Shown: piece by piece, positions 48,166-58,276 of the stretch | Position numbering within the stretch: the stretch's first letter is position 1 | Layout: every line of letters begins with the position of its first letter | Assembly (NCBI GenBank): GCA_041746575.1 | Contig: JBGTGT010000098.1 | Location: forward strand, 64,001-128,000 | Source: Microcystaceae cyanobacterium | GTDB lineage: Bacteria; Cyanobacteriota; Cyanobacteriia; Cyanobacteriales; Microcystaceae | Length of the DNA stretch: 64,000 nucleotides | Direction: 5' to 3' | The notes under the pieces: model-generated | The model's input: the letters and a program-made list of their open reading frames with translations, nothing else | The model's database searches: none | What the model was told of the DNA's origin: nothing | Program-made: the position numbers and the translations under genes

Positions 48166-48360
48166 TATCTTTAATCCGACTCTACTCAAATTGATTCTTC
48201 GCCGATTGCCTTGAGCAAGACACCTTTGAAATTTAAGGGGCAAACTTTCTTGAAAGCTAGAAAAGTTAAGTTTTGCAACAGTCCCACAAGGGTCAGCCAG
48301 ACAATTATAAAGTAATCTAAAGAACTGTCTAACTGCAAAATCATCATCAATCAACCCGTT

Positions 48361-49554
48361 ATGACTGCTGTTGCGCCCCATTATAAAGCCAAAAAACTCA
48401 ACCCCAATAGTCGTCGTCCTGCTAAAGCGTTGTGCAGTGAATGCGGACTGTGTGACACTTACTATATTCACTACGTTAAAGAAGCCTGTGCTTTCCTAAA
48501 TCAGCAAATTGCCGAATTAGAACAAATCGCCCACGGAAAAACCCGAAATTTAGAGGAAGAAGACGATTTATACTTTGGGGTTCATACCCAGATGATGTCT
48601 GCACGGAAACAGCAACCGATTGAAGGCGCACAATGGACAGGCATTGTCAGTACCATCGCCATCGAAATGTTGACACAGGGCAAAGTAGAAGGGGTTATTT
48701 GTGTCCAAAACACCGAAGAAGATCGTTTTCAGCCAAAACCCATCTTAGCCACGACTCCTGCGGAAATTTTGGGGGCTAGAGTCAATAAACCAACCCTTTC
48801 GCCCAATTTATCTGTCTTAGAATTAGTCGAAAAATCAAGAATGAAGCGATTATTGGTGATTGGCGTGGGTTGTCAGATTCAAGCGTTAAGAAGCGTCGAA
48901 AAGCAACTCGGTTTAGAAAAACTCTATGTTTTGGGGACACCCTGTGTGGATAATGTGACGCGGGAAGGGTTACAAAAATTTCTCGAAACGACAAGTAAAT
49001 CCCATAATACTGTGGTTCATTACGAATTTATGCAGGATTTTCGGGTACATTTTAAGCATGAAGATGGTTCAAGCGAAACAGTTCCTTTTTTTGGCTTAAA
49101 AACCAATCAACTCAAAGATGTGTTTGCTCCTTCTTGTATGAGTTGTTTCGATTATGTCAATTCCCTCGCCGATATTGTGGTGGGATATATGGGTGCGCCC
49201 TTTGGTTGGCAATGGATTGTCGTTCGCAATGAAAAAGGGCAAGAAATGTTAGACATCGTGCAAAATCAATTAGAAACGCAATCCGTAACCACTCAGGGTA
49301 ATCGTAAAGCGGCCGTACAAAAGAGCATCCCTGCTTACGATAAGGGGATAACCTTACCTATGTGGGCGGCAAAGTTAATGGGAGTGGTTATTGAAAAAAT
49401 CGGGCCCAAAGGATTGGAATATGCTCGTTTTTCTATTGATTCTCACTACACCCGCAATTATCTCTATGTCAAACGCAATTATCCCGAAAAATTAGCAGCT
49501 CATGTGCCAGATTATGCTCAAAAGATTGTCAGTCAGTATCAATTGCCGGATTAA
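48361..49554 (+). CDS. bciB: Ferredoxin-dependent 8-vinyl (divinyl chlorophyllide) reductase, F420-hydrogenase beta-subunit family
   Basis: LCSECGLC, ACAF, GAQWTGIV, GVGCQ, GTPCVDN, SCMSCFDY. Confidence 0.88.
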   Translation: MTAVAPHYKAKKLNPNSRRPAKALCSECGLCDTYYIHYVKEACAFLNQQIAELEQIAHGKTRNLEEEDDLYFGVHTQMMSARKQQPIEGAQWTGIVSTIAIEMLTQGKVEGVICVQNTEEDRFQPKPILATTPAEILGARVNKPTLSPNLSVLELVEKSRMKRLLVIGVGCQIQALRSVEKQLGLEKLYVLGTPCVDNVTREGLQKFLETTSKSHNTVVHYEFMQDFRVHFKHEDGSSETVPFFGLKTNQLKDVFAPSCMSCFDYVNSLADIVVGYMGAPFGWQWIVVRNEKGQEMLDIVQNQLETQSVTTQGNRKAAVQKSIPAYDKGITLPMWAAKLMGVVIEKIGPKGLEYARFSIDSHYTRNYLYVKRNYPEKLAAHVPDYAQKIVSQYQLPD

Positions 49555-49692
49555 AAACGTATCCGATCACCCCTAAATATGATGTAAATCACCGTCACTC
49601 CCTAATCTAAGATTTAGACTAAAGATAACGCTAAAAACGCTCTCTTTTTAGCGCAAAATAAATTCATAAATCTCCTGCTTTCTCCTGCTATG

Positions 49693-49718
49693 ACCCCTTG
49701 AATACGAAGGGGTTTTTT
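49693..49718 (+). terminator. Intrinsic terminator-like hairpin
   Basis: acccctt-gaatacg-aaggggt followed by a T-run. Confidence 0.65.
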
Positions 49719-49743
49719 CATATTTAAAATAACTGATTAAAAA

Positions 49744-49908
49744 AACGTGAGTTCGACGAGGGCAATTATCTCAATTTTTTTGTCCATCCTCGTTGGGATT
49801 AGGAAAAGAAAAACAAATTCTTGATTGGGGGACTAGCCCCCCAAGCCCCCTGCACAAAAAAATTAAAGAAAGAAGTCTCGTAGATTTTCGGATGGTCGAA
49901 TTCACGTT
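49744..49908. mobile_element. MITE-like element, 165 bp with 14-bp terminal inverted repeats
   Basis: AACGTGAGTTCGAC ... GTCGAATTCACGTT (one mismatch); internal gggggactagcccccc hairpin; no ORF. Confidence 0.75.
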
Positions 49909-50051
49909 AAAATAAAGTCAGGCAGACGTAATTATTGTGGGGCAGGGCATAAATTGATGATGATGGGTGCATTTTCCGAAAAATTTGCCGAATTTTATTT
50001 TGATTGCCTCATTGACATTTATAATCTATAATTCGTAATTTATCATTCATT

Positions 50052-51218
50052 ATGCTGAAGCCGCTTAAAATTATTAATGCACGCTTGCCGGGATATAGCG
50101 AACAACAGCAGATCATTATTGATGAACAGAGATTCATTAAAGATATTTTGGTTAATACAAGCAATTCTTACGCTAATTTACCGATTTTAGATATAGAGGG
50201 AGATTGGCTGTCGTTAGGGGGGGTGGATTTACAGATTAATGGCGGTTTAGGTCTCGCTTTTCCTGATTTAAGAGCAAAAAACATCAGTTATCTTCATAAA
50301 ATTGCCACCTTTCTCTGGGAAAATGGCGTAGATGCGTTTTTGCCGACGCTTGTGACTACTTCTGTCAACAATATTCATCAATCCTTAAGCGTAATTGAGG
50401 ATTTTATGGCAATTCAAGCCTCTGACCCTACAAAATCAGCGAAAATCTTAGGGGCTCATCTCGAAGGCCCCTTTCTCAACCACGAAAAGCGCGGGGCGCA
50501 TCCCTCGCAACACCTTTTAACCCCTAGCTTAGAAACGGTACAATGGATACTTGATCGCTATGCTAATGTCGTAAAAATTATTACCCTTGCTCCAGAACTC
50601 GATCTTACTGGAGAAGTTATTCCTTATCTGCGATCACTGGGTATTATCGTCAGTTTAGGTCATTCTCAAGCCTCGGTCAAGGAAGCAAGACAAGCTTTTG
50701 CCTTAGGAGCTACCATGGTGACTCATGCCTTTAATGCTATGCCTCCTTTACATCATCGTCGTCCGGGGTTGCTAGGAGAAGCTATTTTACAAGAGGGTGT
50801 GTATTGTGGTGTTATTGCCGACGGGCAGCACGTCAGCCCCTTAATGATTAATATTTTACTTCGAGCAAGCCATTACGAGCAAGGCGTTTTTCTCGTCAGC
50901 GATGCCTTAGCTCCTATCGGCTTAGAGGATGGCATTTATCCGTGGGATAACCGTCAAATGGAAGTGAAAAACGGCACGGCGCGACTGGCAGATAAAACCC
51001 TAGCAGGGACAACGTTATCCCTCTTGGTGGGGGCGCAAAATTTAGTAAAATGGGGAGTATGTGAAATTGAACAAGCGATCGCTTTAGCCACTGAAGCCCC
51101 TCGTAAGGCGTTAGGGTTAAAAGGATTAAGCATTGGACAGTCTGCCAATTTCCTTCGTTGGCAAACAGAGAAATCGGGCTTAAACTGGCAACGTTTAACG
51201 ATAAATAGTGACCTTTAG
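50052..51218 (+). CDS. nagA: N-acetylglucosamine-6-phosphate deacetylase
   Basis: DLQING, PTLVT, HLEGPFL..KRGAH, TLAPE, GHS, THAFNAM, ADGQH, VSDA. Confidence 0.95.
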   Translation: MLKPLKIINARLPGYSEQQQIIIDEQRFIKDILVNTSNSYANLPILDIEGDWLSLGGVDLQINGGLGLAFPDLRAKNISYLHKIATFLWENGVDAFLPTLVTTSVNNIHQSLSVIEDFMAIQASDPTKSAKILGAHLEGPFLNHEKRGAHPSQHLLTPSLETVQWILDRYANVVKIITLAPELDLTGEVIPYLRSLGIIVSLGHSQASVKEARQAFALGATMVTHAFNAMPPLHHRRPGLLGEAILQEGVYCGVIADGQHVSPLMINILLRASHYEQGVFLVSDALAPIGLEDGIYPWDNRQMEVKNGTARLADKTLAGTTLSLLVGAQNLVKWGVCEIEQAIALATEAPRKALGLKGLSIGQSANFLRWQTEKSGLNWQRLTINSDL

Positions 51219-52195
51219 GCTAACACGCTTTTCTTTACCGAAAGAGGTCGTCCTGTGCCACCTCGTTGGACTAAAATTAATTCAGCCCCAATACTAATGG
51301 CAATTTCTTCGGGGGTTAATGCCCCAATATCTAAGCCAATTGGTGCATAAAAAGAAGTTAAATAAGAGGGAGAAAAATTTAACTTTGCTAAGGCTTTTTT
51401 AACGGCTTGAATTCGTTTCTTTGAGCCAATCATGCCCAGATAGTTATAAGTTATTTGATGGTCTAAAATCGTTTTTAGAGCTTCTAAATCGTATTGATAA
51501 CCTCTCGTCACCAAGGCTAAATATAAGGGTTGGTAATGGACAAATTGGGGTAACGCGACGGAAATAGAATCAGTGAAAATCTGTGTTGCTTGAGGATAAC
51601 GAGATTTATTTGCCCATTCAGGGCGATCATCTTGAATAAATATGTTAAATCCAAGCATATTGCCTACTTTTGCCAACTGTTCTCCCACATGGCCAGCCCC
51701 AATAATCAATAAGAGAGGAGGAGGGTGTACAATTTCGCTAAACCCCGTTTCTGCTGAGGGTTCAGTCAGGTTCTTAAGAAGAAGGTATGGGGATTCTGAA
51801 GAAGAAAAAGGCGTAAAAAGAGTAATTTTTTTTCCTGATTTAAGATAATTAAGGATTTCCTGCCCTAAAGCGATCGCACTTTCCCCAGACCATTTTTCTA
51901 ACCAAACTTGCATCGTGCCACCGCATACGCCTTCAGTGGTTTTATGGCTTACCCCTGATAAATCAATCGTTAGTTTCTGCTTTTTACCCGTTTTTAGGAC
52001 AGTTTGGGCAATTCTACAAACTTTGGCTTCTCCTGCCCCTCCCCCAATGGTATTAATCGTTTCTCCATCGGCACAGATAATCATTTTAGCACCGATTTCT
52101 CTGGGAACCGAACCGCTTGTTTGGATAACCGTTGCTAATACCAATTCTTTTTTTTTAAGGGTGTTTAAAAGGTGTTGAAAAAATTGAACAGACAT
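51215..52195 (-). CDS. XdhC/CoxI family Moco insertion chaperone
   Basis: GSVPREIGAKM, TIGGG, CGG, GAGHVG, DDR, GMIGS, APIGLDIGALTPEEIAISI. Confidence 0.92.
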   Translation of the reverse strand: MSVQFFQHLLNTLKKKELVLATVIQTSGSVPREIGAKMIICADGETINTIGGGAGEAKVCRIAQTVLKTGKKQKLTIDLSGVSHKTTEGVCGGTMQVWLEKWSGESAIALGQEILNYLKSGKKITLFTPFSSSESPYLLLKNLTEPSAETGFSEIVHPPPLLLIIGAGHVGEQLAKVGNMLGFNIFIQDDRPEWANKSRYPQATQIFTDSISVALPQFVHYQPLYLALVTRGYQYDLEALKTILDHQITYNYLGMIGSKKRIQAVKKALAKLNFSPSYLTSFYAPIGLDIGALTPEEIAISIGAELILVQRGGTGRPLSVKKSVLA

Positions 52196-52626
52196 GAATC
52201 AATAATAAATGATAAATAATAAATAACAATAGACCCTCAAACTGATTAATAAGTCTGCAACAATCGAAAAACGATGAGGAATCCTCAGCACACCAAACCG
52301 ATAGATACTTGAGCTATTAGGATTAAAGCAATGCCCCTCGAAATTGTTAGTGATCGCTATGATCCCGTATATTGAATAGGTATAGCGGGAAAAAGCGAAA
52401 ATTTGTCCTTGTTTAATCCGTTCATTTTTTTACTCATTTCGGCCAATCTCTTTAAAATATGAGAAAATAAAGATTAAGCAAGCTTATACCATCTTTCTCT
52501 CAAAAAGTGTAGTCGTTGACACAATGATTTTCCTTTGATAGGGACGAGTTTGCCTTAATTCAGCGACCCTCTATTCGACCTTTTTAGTCTAATTTGTAGT
52601 GAATATTTTGATTCCTTAAACTTGTT

Positions 52627-53979
52627 ATGTCTAACTTCTCTAATTTGAATCTTTTACCTTTACCTCCCGGTTCTTTTGGTCTTCCTATTATAGGTGAAAC
52701 AATCCCTTTTTTTCAAGACAGCAAATTTGTCCAAAAGCATCGTCAAAAATACGGAAATATTTTCAAAACACATCTTTTTGGTTGTCCAACTGTTTTTGTG
52801 ATAGACGAGCAAATAAATCGTTTTATTTTAATGAATGAAGAGAAATATTTTGTGTCAGCTTGGCCAAAAAGTACTCGTGTGCTTTTAGGGAATTATTCTT
52901 TAACCACTAATGCGGGAGAATTTCATACCTCTCGACGACGATTAATATATCAAGCCTTTAAACCGAGAGCATTAGCTAGTTATATTCCCACCATCGAAAA
53001 AATCACTCAGCAGTATCTCCAAAAATGGGAAACAATCGCCAACTTAACTTGGTATTCTGAACTCAGACGTTATACATTTGATGTAGCCTGTACGTTATTT
53101 GTCGGTCAAGAAAAAGGGTCAAATACTGTCTTATTCTCTTTGTTTGAAGAATGGTGCAGTGGGTTATTTAGTTTACCGCTCAATTTACCTCAGACAAGAT
53201 TTGGTAAAGCTTTAAAGTGCCGTTATAAACTTTTAAATGTACTCGAACAAATTATTTTAGAACGTCAGCAACAAGAGAATTTAGGCAATGATGCTTTAGG
53301 AATTCTGTTAAATACAGAAGATGAAAAAGGAGAGAAATTATCGTTAGCAGAGTTAAAAGATCAGATCCTCGTTTTATTATTTGCTGGACACGAAACCTTA
53401 ACGTCTTCAGTGACTTCCTTTTGCTTATTAATGACACAATACCCTGATATTTTCATGAAAGTTGAAGCTGAACAAAAAGCCTTAAATTATCCTGAGTTCA
53501 CCCTTGATACGCTGAAAGAAATGACCTATTTAGAACAGGTTTTAAAAGAGGTTTTGCGTTTGATTCCGCCTGTCGGGGGTGTTTTTCGAGAAGTTATTCA
53601 ATCCTGTGAGTTCAACGGTTTTCAAATTCCTCAAGGATGGAGAGTCCTCTGTTCGATTAAAGGAATGCACGAAGACGAAAAATTATATTTCCATGTCAAA
53701 CAATTTAACCCAGAACGTTTTGCACCTCATCTCGAAATTAACCCAAAATCGAACAATGCTTATATTCCTTTTGGGGGGGGTATAAGAGAATGTATTGGTA
53801 AAGAGTTTGCTCGTTTAGAAAGTAAAATATTAGCCGCTATGTTAGCAAGACATTACGATTGGACATTAAGACCCAATCAAAACCTAGAATTGGTGATGAT
53901 TCCGAGTCCTCGTCCTCGTGATGGCTTAAAAGTCTGCTTCCAAAAAAGTTCATCAGTCAGTAAATCTTCATTGAAATGA
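52627..53979 (+). CDS. Cytochrome P450 (CYP120-like)
   Basis: PPGSFGLPIIGET, LFAGHET, EVLR, PERF, FGGGIRECIG heme ligand. Confidence 0.93.
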   Translation: MSNFSNLNLLPLPPGSFGLPIIGETIPFFQDSKFVQKHRQKYGNIFKTHLFGCPTVFVIDEQINRFILMNEEKYFVSAWPKSTRVLLGNYSLTTNAGEFHTSRRRLIYQAFKPRALASYIPTIEKITQQYLQKWETIANLTWYSELRRYTFDVACTLFVGQEKGSNTVLFSLFEEWCSGLFSLPLNLPQTRFGKALKCRYKLLNVLEQIILERQQQENLGNDALGILLNTEDEKGEKLSLAELKDQILVLLFAGHETLTSSVTSFCLLMTQYPDIFMKVEAEQKALNYPEFTLDTLKEMTYLEQVLKEVLRLIPPVGGVFREVIQSCEFNGFQIPQGWRVLCSIKGMHEDEKLYFHVKQFNPERFAPHLEINPKSNNAYIPFGGGIRECIGKEFARLESKILAAMLARHYDWTLRPNQNLELVMIPSPRPRDGLKVCFQKSSSVSKSSLK

Positions 53980-54046
53980 AATTAGAATTAGTCAGAAAAA
54001 CTATTTAGAATTATCCTAATTTACTTCTTAAAAAAGATAGATAATA

Positions 54047-55219
54047 ATGCTTAATTTTTCTTCTCGTATGCAAGCCGTTCAATCGCCAATTATTCCTCTT
54101 ATTGGTCAACTGATTCAAGAGAATCCGGGGACTATTTCTTTAGGGCAAGGTGTGGTTTTTTACCCACCTCCGCCACAAATTCAGGAAGGCATTACTCGTT
54201 TCTTAGCCAATCCGAATCATCATCTTTATAAATCAGTTCAAGGGATATCCCCTCTGCGGGAGGCAATGGCTGAAAAGTTACGTCAAGATAATCAAGTTAT
54301 TCTTAATTCTCAGCGTGAAATTGTGGTGACAGCCGGCGGCAATATGGCCTTTATGAATGCCCTCTTAGCCATTACATCTCCTGAGGATGAAATCATTCTA
54401 AATTTACCCTATTATTTTAATCATGAAATGGCAATTGTAATGGCAGATTGTCATCCTGTTTGTGTGCCAACGGCTGAAAATTATCAACTACAACTCGATA
54501 AAATTGAAGCGGCAATCACAACCAAAACTCGTGCTATTGTGACCATTTCTCCCAATAATCCAACAGGAGTCGTTTATTCTCAAGAAGCCTTACAGGCGGT
54601 GAATCGACTATGTCAAGAAAAAGGAATTTATCATATTCACGATGAAGCCTATGATTATTTTATCTATGAGCCTTATCAACATTTTTCTCCCGGTTCAATT
54701 CCCAATAGTGAAGCTCATACTATTTTGTTGTATAGTCTCTCCAAAGCTTATGGTTTTGCGAGTTGGCGCATTGGTTATATGGTTATTCCTGAATCCTTAA
54801 AAACAGCGATCGCTAAAATTCAAGATACAATTTTAATTTGCCCTCCTGTAATTTCTCAATATGCAGCTTTGAGTTGCTTGAAGGTGGGAAAAAGCTATTG
54901 TGAACCCTATCTAAAACAACTCAGTACAGTAAGACAAATTGTTCTTGAACAATTATCAAATCTTGAAGACTATTGCACCCTTATTGCAACACAAGGCGCG
55001 TTTTATGTTTTTCTAAAAATCAATCGACCCATTCATGATTTTTCTTTAGTTCAATATTTAATTGAAAAAGAGAAGGTAGCTGTATTACCCGGTCATACTT
55101 TTGGACTTAAGGAGGAATGTTATTTACGAATTGCGTTTGGGGCATTACAAAAAGAAACGGTGAGTGAAGGTATTAATCGCTTAGTAGCTGGTATTAAGAA
55201 CTATATTTGTTATAATTAA
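54047..55219 (+). CDS. PLP-dependent aminotransferase class I/II
   Basis: SLGQG, SPNNPTG, DEAY, SLSKAYGFASWRIGY. Confidence 0.93.
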   Translation: MLNFSSRMQAVQSPIIPLIGQLIQENPGTISLGQGVVFYPPPPQIQEGITRFLANPNHHLYKSVQGISPLREAMAEKLRQDNQVILNSQREIVVTAGGNMAFMNALLAITSPEDEIILNLPYYFNHEMAIVMADCHPVCVPTAENYQLQLDKIEAAITTKTRAIVTISPNNPTGVVYSQEALQAVNRLCQEKGIYHIHDEAYDYFIYEPYQHFSPGSIPNSEAHTILLYSLSKAYGFASWRIGYMVIPESLKTAIAKIQDTILICPPVISQYAALSCLKVGKSYCEPYLKQLSTVRQIVLEQLSNLEDYCTLIATQGAFYVFLKINRPIHDFSLVQYLIEKEKVAVLPGHTFGLKEECYLRIAFGALQKETVSEGINRLVAGIKNYICYN

Positions 55220-55291
55220 TAGTGGTTTTCTAAAAGGTGAAATTTGTTTAGAAATCAAGCAATTGGACAATTACTTGAAATCATTAAAAAA

Positions 55292-55714
55292 ATGGATTTA
55301 TTAACACAATTACATAGCAAAAAACTATTAATCGTTAATCCTCGACGGAAAAATGGGTTAATTCTTATTAAAGAATATCATGCAGAATTTGCTGGGCCAG
55401 GTGCAGTAGTGGGCAGTGAATTTGATGTAGATGTAAAAAGCCTAATTGCCGTCGGTAAACTGTCTTTAATTACCCCACAAACCCCCAAAGAAACGATTAA
55501 TGCCTATTTAATTCGACGACAATGGGTGAGATTAACCAAGCAAATTACCGATAATCCGATTCCTATTCAACGCGCCCAAGTTATTCTCAATCAATTTGAT
55601 AACTGGTTTGATGCAAAAACCACGGCTCAACTACCTGATGACGCATTTGCCTTATTAGTGGGGGTACTGCCCCAAACCATTCATCAGATGCGGGAAGATT
55701 TACAGGCAATTTGA
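55292..55714 (+). CDS. Conserved cyanobacterial hypothetical protein (possibly degenerate Crp-like)
   Basis: YHAEFAGPGAVVG, RRQW, C-terminal ALLVGVLPQTI HTH-like segment; ATG at 55292 preferred. Confidence 0.7.
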   Translation: MDLLTQLHSKKLLIVNPRRKNGLILIKEYHAEFAGPGAVVGSEFDVDVKSLIAVGKLSLITPQTPKETINAYLIRRQWVRLTKQITDNPIPIQRAQVILNQFDNWFDAKTTAQLPDDAFALLVGVLPQTIHQMREDLQAI

Positions 55715-55769
55715 GTCCTTTTAACGATAAAATCAGGAACGATTAACCCTTATTTTAGGAGAACCTTCC

Positions 55770-56477
55770 ATGGCGAATCCCGATTTGATTAAAGTAATGA
55801 AACAGGAAGTGGGTAAAGCGGCTGCTTCTCGCGTTCAGTCTAACACGGTAGTGGGCTTAGGCACAGGATCAACCACAGCTTATGCGATTCAATACATTGG
55901 AGAACGCTTGAAAAAAGGAGATTTAACAAATATTGTGGGAATTCCGACCTCCTTTCAAGCGGAAGTTTTAGCTAAAGAGTATGGCATTCCCCTAACAACC
56001 TTAGACTTCGTTGATCATGTTGATTTGGCGATTGACGGGGCAGACGAAGTTGATCCCCAGAAAAACCTCATCAAAGGAGGTGGAGCAGCGCATACGCGTG
56101 AAAAAGTGGTAGATTGTCAGGCAAATACTTTTATTGTTGTTGTTGATAGTGGAAAATTAGTAGATAAGCTCAATTCTACTTTTTTATTACCGGTTGAAGT
56201 GATTCCTATGGCGGTTACGCCTGTTATGCGCAAAATTGCACAATTAGGAGGCAAACCCGAATTAAGAATGGGGGTTAAAAAAGCCGGCCCTGTCGTCACT
56301 GATCAGGGTAATTTAGTAGTGGATGTTCAATTTGAAAGTATTGATGATCCGGCGAGCTTAGAAAAAACCTTAAATAATATTCCGGGAGTATTAGAAAATG
56401 GTTTATTCGTTGGTGTTGCTGATATCATTTTAGTGGGGGAAATTAAGGACGATAAGGTCATTGTCCGAGAATTTTAA
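55770..56477 (+). CDS. rpiA: Ribose-5-phosphate isomerase A
   Basis: [35 protein letters not shown]. Confidence 0.97.
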   Translation: MANPDLIKVMKQEVGKAAASRVQSNTVVGLGTGSTTAYAIQYIGERLKKGDLTNIVGIPTSFQAEVLAKEYGIPLTTLDFVDHVDLAIDGADEVDPQKNLIKGGGAAHTREKVVDCQANTFIVVVDSGKLVDKLNSTFLLPVEVIPMAVTPVMRKIAQLGGKPELRMGVKKAGPVVTDQGNLVVDVQFESIDDPASLEKTLNNIPGVLENGLFVGVADIILVGEIKDDKVIVREF

Positions 56478-56517
56478 GAAAGATTGGAAGTCTTTTTATT
56501 AATAGCAATAAGGGCTT

Positions 56518-57024
56518 TTAAGGATGAATAATAACAGGCACTCCAGTTTCTGCCCATTTGAATAACCACTCGGCATGATCAACAGCAACATTAATACAAC
56601 CATGGCTAATGGGAGTACCAAAACGATGATGCCAGTAAGCTCCATGAATGGCGTATCCTCTATCATAATACATGGCATAAGGGACATCTGAGATGTCATA
56701 ATCATCCCCTCTCATGTGATCTTTCGCTCTTTTATTGTAAATCTCAAAAACCCCTGAAAGCGTTGGTGTATCTGCTTTTCCTGTAGAAACAATGACAGCG
56801 TAAACAGGTTTTTTCCCTTCCCATGCAATTAACCGTTGAGTGGTTAGGTTAATTTCAATCCAGCGTTCTTTTGAAGTTTTAAGAGCTTGTAATTCTTGAG
56901 CAACTTGAGGGGGAATTCCTTGTGCTTGTAGAGGAGAAATATTATCTATTATTGATCCTAGTATAAAAAAAAGTACTATTCCCCTCAAAAAAGTTCTCGG
57001 AAAAAACCTGAGTAGATTATTCAT
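56518..57024 (-). CDS. L,D-transpeptidase (YkuD domain)
   Basis: VSTGK..TPT..G, AIHGAYW...SHGCIN. Confidence 0.93.
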   Translation of the reverse strand: MNNLLRFFPRTFLRGIVLFFILGSIIDNISPLQAQGIPPQVAQELQALKTSKERWIEINLTTQRLIAWEGKKPVYAVIVSTGKADTPTLSGVFEIYNKRAKDHMRGDDYDISDVPYAMYYDRGYAIHGAYWHHRFGTPISHGCINVAVDHAEWLFKWAETGVPVIIHP

Positions 57025-57344
57025 GATAACCTCTTCTTTAGTTAATAGGTAAACAAAAATAATAAATGTTTATTGCTTTAAAATTAACAATTAATCATAA
57101 AATTTCCTACTTAGAGCAGTTTCAAATATTTAACGATTAATTATTGCTCTATAAGATCCATGTTAATTCTCATTTTGGGACTTGTCAGGTCAATCGTAAG
57201 ATAAGTCCTAGAACTTTTACAATTCTTAACTAACTTGATAAAACGTTAAGTTAGAATACTTAACGAAATTTTCAATATCTCCATCTGGTTTTTCAGGAAA
57301 ATGCGATAAATTAATAAATGAACCATAAATGGGGTTTTTCTTTT

Positions 57345-58202
57345 ATGCAATTCGATTACTTTGATGTCTTAAAATTTCGTCTGATTAATCATCTTCAGCA
57401 TCTAGTCAGAGAGCGAGATCCCTACTTAAATCAAGGCAATCATTTTTATGTCAAAGAATATATTCGTCAAGAATTTCAATCCCTTGGTATGATTGAAATT
57501 CATTCTTTTGAAGTGAGAGGAAAACAACATGAAAACATCATTTTGAATTTACATTCTTCCTCGGAAACTGTACAAAAACCTGTAATTTTAGTGGGCGCGC
57601 ATTATGATACTGTTCCTCGTTCTTCGGGGGCTGATGACAATGCCAGTGGCGTTGCGGTATTATTAGAAATCGCTCGTTTTTTTAGTCAAAAAGAAATAAA
57701 TTTCCCGCTTAGATTTGTTGCTTTTGATATGGAAGAATATGGACTCTTAGGCAGTCAAGCTTATGCGCAATATTTAAAACAAAATCGGCAAGCTATAAGA
57801 TTAATGATTTCCCTAGAAATGCTCGGTTATTGTACTTCATCAGCCAATAGTCAAATTTATCCTGCTGGTTTAAAGTATTTCTATCCGTCAACAGGAGATT
57901 TTATTGCCTTAATTAGTAATTTAAGAACCTTCAATGAGAGTAGAAAAATGAGTCAAGTCATGCGTCAAAATGTTCCTTGTCAAGGGTTAAGTGTTCCTTT
58001 CAATGGTTGGTTGGTTTGGGATACCCGACGCAGTGATCATTCTCCCTTTTGGGATGCCGGATATAAGGCGATTATGGTGACAGATACTGCTAATTTACGC
58101 AATCCCCATTATCATCGCTCAACAGATACCTTAGAAACCCTAGACTTGGACTTTTTAACAAGGGTTTGTTTGGGATTAATTCAAGCAATCAAAGAAATGT
58201 AA
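57345..58202 (+). CDS. M28 family metallopeptidase
   Basis: GAHYD, GADDNASG, FDMEE, SLEM, RSDH, YH...DT; start uncertain (57318 or 57345). Confidence 0.9.
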   Translation: MQFDYFDVLKFRLINHLQHLVRERDPYLNQGNHFYVKEYIRQEFQSLGMIEIHSFEVRGKQHENIILNLHSSSETVQKPVILVGAHYDTVPRSSGADDNASGVAVLLEIARFFSQKEINFPLRFVAFDMEEYGLLGSQAYAQYLKQNRQAIRLMISLEMLGYCTSSANSQIYPAGLKYFYPSTGDFIALISNLRTFNESRKMSQVMRQNVPCQGLSVPFNGWLVWDTRRSDHSPFWDAGYKAIMVTDTANLRNPHYHRSTDTLETLDLDFLTRVCLGLIQAIKEM

Positions 58203-58276
58203 ACTGTCTATAAAGGTTCGATACTTTAATGATGATATGTTATCAAATTACTTTCAATTTCAATCCATAAATTATA

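Larger units (their letters stand above)
2358..54813. repeat. Dispersed HIP1 octamers (GCGATCGC)
   Basis: About 30 copies by eye, e.g. 2358, 4610, 9244, 10593, 36655, 43345, 54806; cyanobacterial hallmark. Confidence 0.9.

Noticed and set aside
48166..48471. N-terminal extension of the 244-aa gamma-glutamylcyclotransferase ORF
   Set aside because: Overlaps the bciB start on the opposite strand; the family motif begins right after ATG 48165
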